Below are positions 59,178-64,000 of a stretch of 64,000 bases of DNA, piece by piece. Made by a program: the position numbers and the translations under genes. Origin of the DNA: Candidatus Omnitrophota bacterium (GTDB lineage: Bacteria; Omnitrophota; Gorgyraeia; Zapsychrales; JANLHA01); the NCBI GenBank assembly GCA_029560465.1, contig JAKQKX010000065.1, positions 5,148 through 69,147 on the forward strand, given 5' to 3'. Numbering within the stretch: the first letter of the stretch is position 1; each line of letters opens with the position of its first letter. Under the pieces are notes generated by a model, which was not told the DNA's origin, ran no database searches, and saw nothing but the letters and a program-made list of their open reading frames with translations.

Positions 59178-59471
59178 TTAATTCTTCCGGGTGTTTTGTT
59201 CGATGTGGACCTGGCACAGAGCCTGCTGGGCCTGCATCTTAAGCTCAAATGCCCGGTTTTGTCCGGAACCATAGCCCATCACACCGCCGATCATCGCGCC
59301 GATGGCCACAATAAGCGCGTCGTAGCTTCCCAACAAAGCGTCGCTCACCCCGCCGAATATAATGATCCCGAAAAAGATGCCGATAAAGAAATGCCGCATC
59401 GTTGTGGCCCTGGCTTGCGAATATAGCCGCTTGGCATATGCCTTGACCAGTTCAAGATCGTATTCAACCAT
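59178..59471 (-). CDS. small 2-TM membrane protein
   Basis: GGAGG RBS, own promoter and terminator. Confidence 0.75.
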   Translation of the reverse strand: MVEYDLELVKAYAKRLYSQARATTMRHFFIGIFFGIIIFGGVSDALLGSYDALIVAIGAMIGGVMGYGSGQNRAFELKMQAQQALCQVHIEQNTRKN

Positions 59472-59523
59472 ATTAAGCCTCCATTGTATTGGTTAGTAGT
59501 CAAAAAACATAATCTATAAAACA

Positions 59524-59552
59524 GTTATATACGCAAAGATATAGGATGTCAA
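59524..59552 (-). promoter_or_regulatory. sigma70 promoter
   Basis: TTGACA-N17-TATAAC. Confidence 0.6.
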
Positions 59553-59572
59553 CGGGTAAAGAGACTTTTTCA

Positions 59573-59890
59573 TCATTCTTCCATTAAAATATTTTTAGTC
59601 CTCTGCACATACGCGCACGCCTCCCGGCCCGGCCAAGAGTCATGCAAAATTTCCCGTATCGGGAGGCAGCGGAAAAGCCGGCCCCCCACGGTTTTTCTGA
59701 TTCCAAAACGCTCTTCGTATATACGGCAAAAAAACCGCCCCGACGATTCGCTTTGAAGATGCTCGCAGGGATCCCCGTCAAAGGCGCCACAGCAGGCCCC
59801 GCACCGAAGACAGAGGGATTCCCATCGACGTTGCTGTTCCTTTTGAAAACAGATGTAATCCCGCTCCCCGCCATCATGGTCTGGCATCAT
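59573..59890 (-). CDS. CxxCxxCC (YkgJ-like) Fe-S/Zn-binding protein
   Basis: CLRCGACCG, PCEHL, CRIYEER. Confidence 0.78.
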   Translation of the reverse strand: MMPDHDGGERDYICFQKEQQRRWESLCLRCGACCGAFDGDPCEHLQSESSGRFFCRIYEERFGIRKTVGGRLFRCLPIREILHDSWPGREACAYVQRTKNILMEE

Positions 59891-59923
59891 AAAACTCGCG
59901 GTTCCCTCCCCTCCCGGGATACG

Positions 59924-61924
59924 TTACGGCGACGATTTAATCATTTGGTCGATATTTCTTTCAATGCGCCTTTCTATAAAATCCGGGATCCTTTTTTTTA
60001 TAAGGTCTTTGACATGGGAAGGCAGCCATTGGAAGTTAACCGCTTCCAGCGGTCCGGAAAGCTGAAATTCAAAATTATAATTAAGACGGGCCGGATTTTT
60101 CTCTTTCAACAACTGGGCAAGTTCAAGAGACTGATCCACGTAAGACGTGTCCATAAGAATGGATAACCGGCTTGAGACCATTTTTTGCGCAGAAAGCGAA
60201 AAATTCCCCCGGATATGGACACGGTCACTGATAAGGCTCAACCGGTCGATATGGACACCAGATGGATCCATCACCATCGACAAAGAAAGCGCGTCGAACT
60301 TCAAACGTTTCATCGCTTTGAACCCAAAGGCCGCTGAAAACCACTCCAAAAATCTCACCCGATTCAAGACCCCGTCCGTAAAAAGCATCTTCCCTTTCAT
60401 GGTGAACATGGGGTCGGCCCGGAGAAAATAACGGCCGGATAAACGGCCGGACACGGCAGCGAGCCCCTGCCAATCCTGATGCCAATCTTCCAAGTGCAAA
60501 TTCTGCAAATCCAGAGCCCAGAAAGAACGGGCGTTCCCGTTCGCATCTTTTCTAAACCAGGCCCGGCTGAAAAACCGGCCCGAATACAACTGCCCGGTGA
60601 AGAATAAATAATCCATATTATTTAAGCGCGCGTTCCAAAACATGTCAACCCCTTTTAGGCGGACATCCCCGGACGGCAAGGAAATCGTCAACGCATCAAT
60701 GCCAACCCCCGGGCAGCGCTGGACATCTTTAAAATGGAGTCCTTCCACCTGAAGCGCCACCTTAACCTCACGGGAGATGGCCCCTGGAGGCCGGGCCAGC
60801 ACGGTGAGCAGCCCTGATGAAATCCAACGACGGTCCTTCACCCGGCCCTGGATATCCCCCTGCAGGCTGTAACAGCCGGGGAAAAACCGCTCGAGTTTCG
60901 GCGACTGGGCCAAGATGGAAACCCGAGTTGGCAAATCACCCGTGGTCCCAAGCCCGCCGCTCACCCGCACCGGGACAGTGTTCACATGGAAACAAAGAGT
61001 GTCAAGGCGGATCTCAGCCGGAGTGACTGTCACCGTGGCGTGCATATCAAGGATAACCAGATTAGGGTCCCAACGGGCGGCCGGGACTCCCCATCCTTCC
61101 AAAGGCCGGCCCTCCGCCCCATCATGGCGGCGGGTGTCCCCAAGGGCATACCCCGTCACCTGTGCCGTACGCCCATCCCATAAGCCCTGCCAATGGCCTT
61201 CTCCCCGCGGGTGTTTGATCATCAAATCCTTAATACGGCTTTTATCCTTGCCCAGGTCCATGGAGAGCAGAAGACTCAAAGCATCCGGAGCCCCGAGGAC
61301 CCGGCTTGCCAGACCCAGGGGCAAACGGCACCGGAAGCCCGGGGCGCACATTCGGCCTTCCAATTCCAATTGCTCCGGGTTCTGTCGGAAGACAGCGTTT
61401 ATAATGTACCCTTTATCAGGGCTGCTTTCCCTGTTCACGGACTCGAGGCGGGCATTCCGCACCTTAACAGTGAGAAAGGCGGGCCTTTCTCCCGCCGGGG
61501 CAGGCAAGAACGAACCGAACTCCCTCCCCACCTGCAGGAGATCCGGATAGTTCCCGCGCAAGGACTTCAAAACAATCACGGGGAAGATGATTTTCTTTTC
61601 AAAAAAATATCTTTTCAAAGAAAACCTTAGGACCAAGGTAGGAATCCGGGCCAGGACCCGGCCTTGAGACTCCCCCTCCTTTTCAGGGAAGAAACGGATA
61701 TCCATGTCCTGAATAATAATACCATTCGGAGGAAGAAAAAAACCCGGACCAGCCCGGAAACGATAACCGGGGGATCGCGCATTCAGGCCGCTTAAAAGAA
61801 AATCTTTCGTGATATTCAGGCGCCACGTCCCTATACCAACTGCGAGGCAAAACATCAAAAAAGAAGTGGCCCCGAAGGTAAACAACACCTTAATACAATA
61901 TCGTTTCGAAAGGAATGTCATCAA
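59924..61924 (-). CDS. AsmA-like inner-membrane-anchored beta-rich protein
   Basis: N-terminal TM, long beta-rich body, C-terminal FQLSGPLEAV AsmA-like motif. Confidence 0.65.
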   Translation of the reverse strand: MMTFLSKRYCIKVLFTFGATSFLMFCLAVGIGTWRLNITKDFLLSGLNARSPGYRFRAGPGFFLPPNGIIIQDMDIRFFPEKEGESQGRVLARIPTLVLRFSLKRYFFEKKIIFPVIVLKSLRGNYPDLLQVGREFGSFLPAPAGERPAFLTVKVRNARLESVNRESSPDKGYIINAVFRQNPEQLELEGRMCAPGFRCRLPLGLASRVLGAPDALSLLLSMDLGKDKSRIKDLMIKHPRGEGHWQGLWDGRTAQVTGYALGDTRRHDGAEGRPLEGWGVPAARWDPNLVILDMHATVTVTPAEIRLDTLCFHVNTVPVRVSGGLGTTGDLPTRVSILAQSPKLERFFPGCYSLQGDIQGRVKDRRWISSGLLTVLARPPGAISREVKVALQVEGLHFKDVQRCPGVGIDALTISLPSGDVRLKGVDMFWNARLNNMDYLFFTGQLYSGRFFSRAWFRKDANGNARSFWALDLQNLHLEDWHQDWQGLAAVSGRLSGRYFLRADPMFTMKGKMLFTDGVLNRVRFLEWFSAAFGFKAMKRLKFDALSLSMVMDPSGVHIDRLSLISDRVHIRGNFSLSAQKMVSSRLSILMDTSYVDQSLELAQLLKEKNPARLNYNFEFQLSGPLEAVNFQWLPSHVKDLIKKRIPDFIERRIERNIDQMIKSSP

Positions 61925-62441
61925 TCATGAATTCTATTTTGTCTATGCTGTACACAGCCCGGTAGTGCCTGAAGAAGGGTGACGTGAAATGAAAATCTTT
62001 AGATTTTCTGAATATAAGGCTCAATTGTTGAGATTGAACGATCCGTTGCTTCATAGCCTCGACGTCCGCCAGATTTTTGCCTTTTCGGGCGATGTGGTAG
62101 CCGTTCACCATGGCGAAAAGAGATTCCGGGACATCGTTGGGATACTGTTCAAGAAAAGCCTGCCAGGCTGATTTCGCGGACAGGGTATCTCCCGAAAGGG
62201 AAAAATATTCCGCCTTGGCAAATAAAGCGGTTTTGTGATATTTCGAATGCGGCAACCTTAAGATAGAATTGTAATACGCATATGCGGCATCGCGCCGTCC
62301 GGCTTTAGCCGCCTCGGCGGCCTTGCTGTACAGATAACTCCCGCTCGCCGCTTCAACCGGGGCGTGGGCCACCCCCCCTAAAACAGCCACCATTCCCAGA
62401 AAACCGATCACGCGGATTCGAACATCTTTTAAAAAGTTCAT
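61890..62441 (-). CDS. exported TPR-like protein
   Basis: Signal peptide, ALFAKAEYF..AWQAFLEQYP. Confidence 0.7.
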   Translation of the reverse strand: MNFLKDVRIRVIGFLGMVAVLGGVAHAPVEAASGSYLYSKAAEAAKAGRRDAAYAYYNSILRLPHSKYHKTALFAKAEYFSLSGDTLSAKSAWQAFLEQYPNDVPESLFAMVNGYHIARKGKNLADVEAMKQRIVQSQQLSLIFRKSKDFHFTSPFFRHYRAVYSIDKIEFMIDDIPFETILY

Positions 62442-62455
62442 GGCGTATCACAATC

Positions 62456-62827
62456 TTATTCCCCGAGGATATCGCGGATCCTGGCAACAAGCTCTGAAGT
62501 CTTAAAAGGTTTTGCGAGCACGTTAAAAAATGACTCCTCGATATTGGCCCCCAAATGCTCCTCATCCTTGGAAAGGGCACACGTTAAAAAAAGCACCGGG
62601 ATATCTTCGGTTTCCGGGTCGGCTTTGATCAGGCTATACGCTTCGGTCCCGTCCATTTCAGGCATCAGGATATCCATCAGGATAAGATCCGGACGGATAT
62701 CCCGCGCTTTCGCAATGCTGTCCAATCCGTTATCGGCCGTGACGATTTTATATTGGAATTTTTCCAACGTGTCCGAAATCAATTTCAGGTCCACCGGATC
62801 ATCATCAACCACCAAAATCGTCTTCAT
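62456..62827 (-). CDS. single-domain response regulator
   Basis: ILVVDDD, LILMDILMP, LAKPF. Confidence 0.93.
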   Translation of the reverse strand: MKTILVVDDDPVDLKLISDTLEKFQYKIVTADNGLDSIAKARDIRPDLILMDILMPEMDGTEAYSLIKADPETEDIPVLFLTCALSKDEEHLGANIEESFFNVLAKPFKTSELVARIRDILGE

Positions 62828-62891
62828 ATTTCGGCTCCTTATTGTAGAAGTGCCCCCTGGGATGCCCCACCCTCAAAATGCAATGCAAAAC

Positions 62892-63275
62892 TTATTTGGA
62901 CGAATTCAGGATCAATTTAATAATATCTCGACGGCTAATCACCCCCATGACCCTGCCGTTTTCAACGATAGGGACCCGGCGCACGTTCGTTCTGATAAAA
63001 AATTCGCAAATATCAATCACACTATCCCCGGGAGCAAAAAATTGCACATCCAACGACATGTAATCACCCACGACTTCCTGGGAAGTAATCACATCGCTGA
63101 CTAAAAGCCTCAAAAGGTCCTTCTCCGTTATGACCCCTATGAGTTTTTCGTCTTTATCCACGACCGGCAACCCGCTAATCCGCTTCTCAACCAATATTCT
63201 CATAGCGTCAAGCAACGGGGTGGTCTGATGGACCACGATAACATCCTTTATCATAATATCTCTGGCGTTTAACAT
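62892..63275 (-). CDS. CBS-pair protein
   Basis: ISGLPVVD..LIGVITEKD; RRVPIVE..GVISRRD. Confidence 0.92.
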   Translation of the reverse strand: MLNARDIMIKDVIVVHQTTPLLDAMRILVEKRISGLPVVDKDEKLIGVITEKDLLRLLVSDVITSQEVVGDYMSLDVQFFAPGDSVIDICEFFIRTNVRRVPIVENGRVMGVISRRDIIKLILNSSK

Positions 63276-63292
63276 AAAAACCCCTCCCCCCG

Positions 63293-63658
63293 TTATTCCC
63301 CCAAAGCGGATCGGACGGCGGAAAGGACCCGGTCGCTTTCAAAAGGCTTGATGATATAATCCACCGCCCCGGCGCGGATCGCTTTCATCAAGGCCACCCG
63401 CTGATCCACGGCGGTCACCATGATGATTTTCGCTTTCCCGTCAATAGCCAGGATATCATGGATCGCCTCAATGCCATCCTTTTCAGGCATGACAATATCC
63501 ATTGTCAACAAATCCGGCCGCAGCTCGCGGAAAAGCTCAACAGCTTCTTTGCCGTTATTGCATTCCGCGGTCACCTCATAACCCGCCTGGACAAGAATAT
63601 CTTTAAGCATGGAACGGATTATAGGAGCGTCGTCAACTACAATAATCTTTTTTGACAT
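63293..63658 (-). CDS. cheY: chemotaxis response regulator CheY-like
   Basis: IIVVDDAPIIR, LLTMDIVMP, YIIKPF; follows the cheC-like gene. Confidence 0.85.
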   Translation of the reverse strand: MSKKIIVVDDAPIIRSMLKDILVQAGYEVTAECNNGKEAVELFRELRPDLLTMDIVMPEKDGIEAIHDILAIDGKAKIIMVTAVDQRVALMKAIRAGAVDYIIKPFESDRVLSAVRSALGE

Positions 63659-63673
63659 AGGAACCCTCTTTTT

Positions 63674-64000
63674 TTACATAGTATTAATAATATAACTTAA
63701 AACTTTCTCGCTTTCCCCCAGGGGAAGAAGATACATGTGACAACGGATATCATTTTTAATGACATGGAAACAACTCTCCATAATCAGGATATCATTACGC
63801 TCGGGAGCCGCGCTCACCAGGAATTCCTGGAATACGGTGCCGACATAATCGTTCACGACCTCCGGAGGGGTCGGATGGAGGTCAATGCTGAAATCGGACG
63901 AAAAAACTCCGGAAATGGCGCTGGCCAGGATATTCCCGATTTCCTGCACCGCGCTGGCGGCATACACATCAAATTCTTTTGTTGTCCCCACCTCCCGGCG
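63674..64000 (-). CDS. cheC: CheC-like phosphatase (5' part outside window)
   Basis: SAVQEIGNILASA motif; frame open to the window edge. Confidence 0.8.
   Translation of the reverse strand, partial: RREVGTTKEFDVYAASAVQEIGNILASAISGVFSSDFSIDLHPTPPEVVNDYVGTVFQEFLVSAAPERNDILIMESCFHVIKNDIRCHMYLLPLGESEKVLSYIINTM

Noticed and set aside
284-63655. Many long plus-strand ORFs (e.g. 284-928, 13848-14576, 23203-24081)
   Set aside because: Antisense shadows of well-supported minus-strand genes, with no recognisable motifs.
1-64000. tRNA, rRNA, IS/integrase, prophage or clear anti-phage defence genes
   Set aside because: No recognisable motifs found by eye; small or divergent elements could have been missed.

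Overview
Roughly 50% GC bacterial chromosomal segment with almost all genes on the minus strand. The organism is diderm (outer-membrane barrels, AsmA-like protein) and probably an anaerobe of the Omnitrophota/PVC type; this assignment is inference only. Housekeeping and metabolic genes: xth, amrS, rseC-rnfBCDGEA, fumC, nfeD-stomatin, pepA, gltA, surE, mutY, NAD kinase, a Deg-type protease and csp. Signalling: an ECF sigma with a zf-HC2/TM/VWA anti-sigma fusion, a sensor-less multistep phosphorelay linked to an HD-GYP, a PilZ protein, a c-di-GMP-I riboswitch, and CheC/CheY. There are two surface-fibre loci. (1) 29.9-36.4 kb is a Fap-like operon (FapF-like barrel, secreted C39 peptidase, small amyloid-repeat protein, 822-aa major subunit, PocR-AraC regulator). 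The major subunit carries a ~650-aa insert whose two halves are in mirror register (i+j=878) around a central CxxC, which points to a giant (~100 nm) antiparallel beta-hairpin. This is the standout candidate for an undescribed system. (2) 41.0-46.9 kb is a divergent chaperone-usher-like pilus cluster, convergent with a riboswitch-controlled small secreted protein. No rRNA, tRNA, CRISPR array or IS element was seen.
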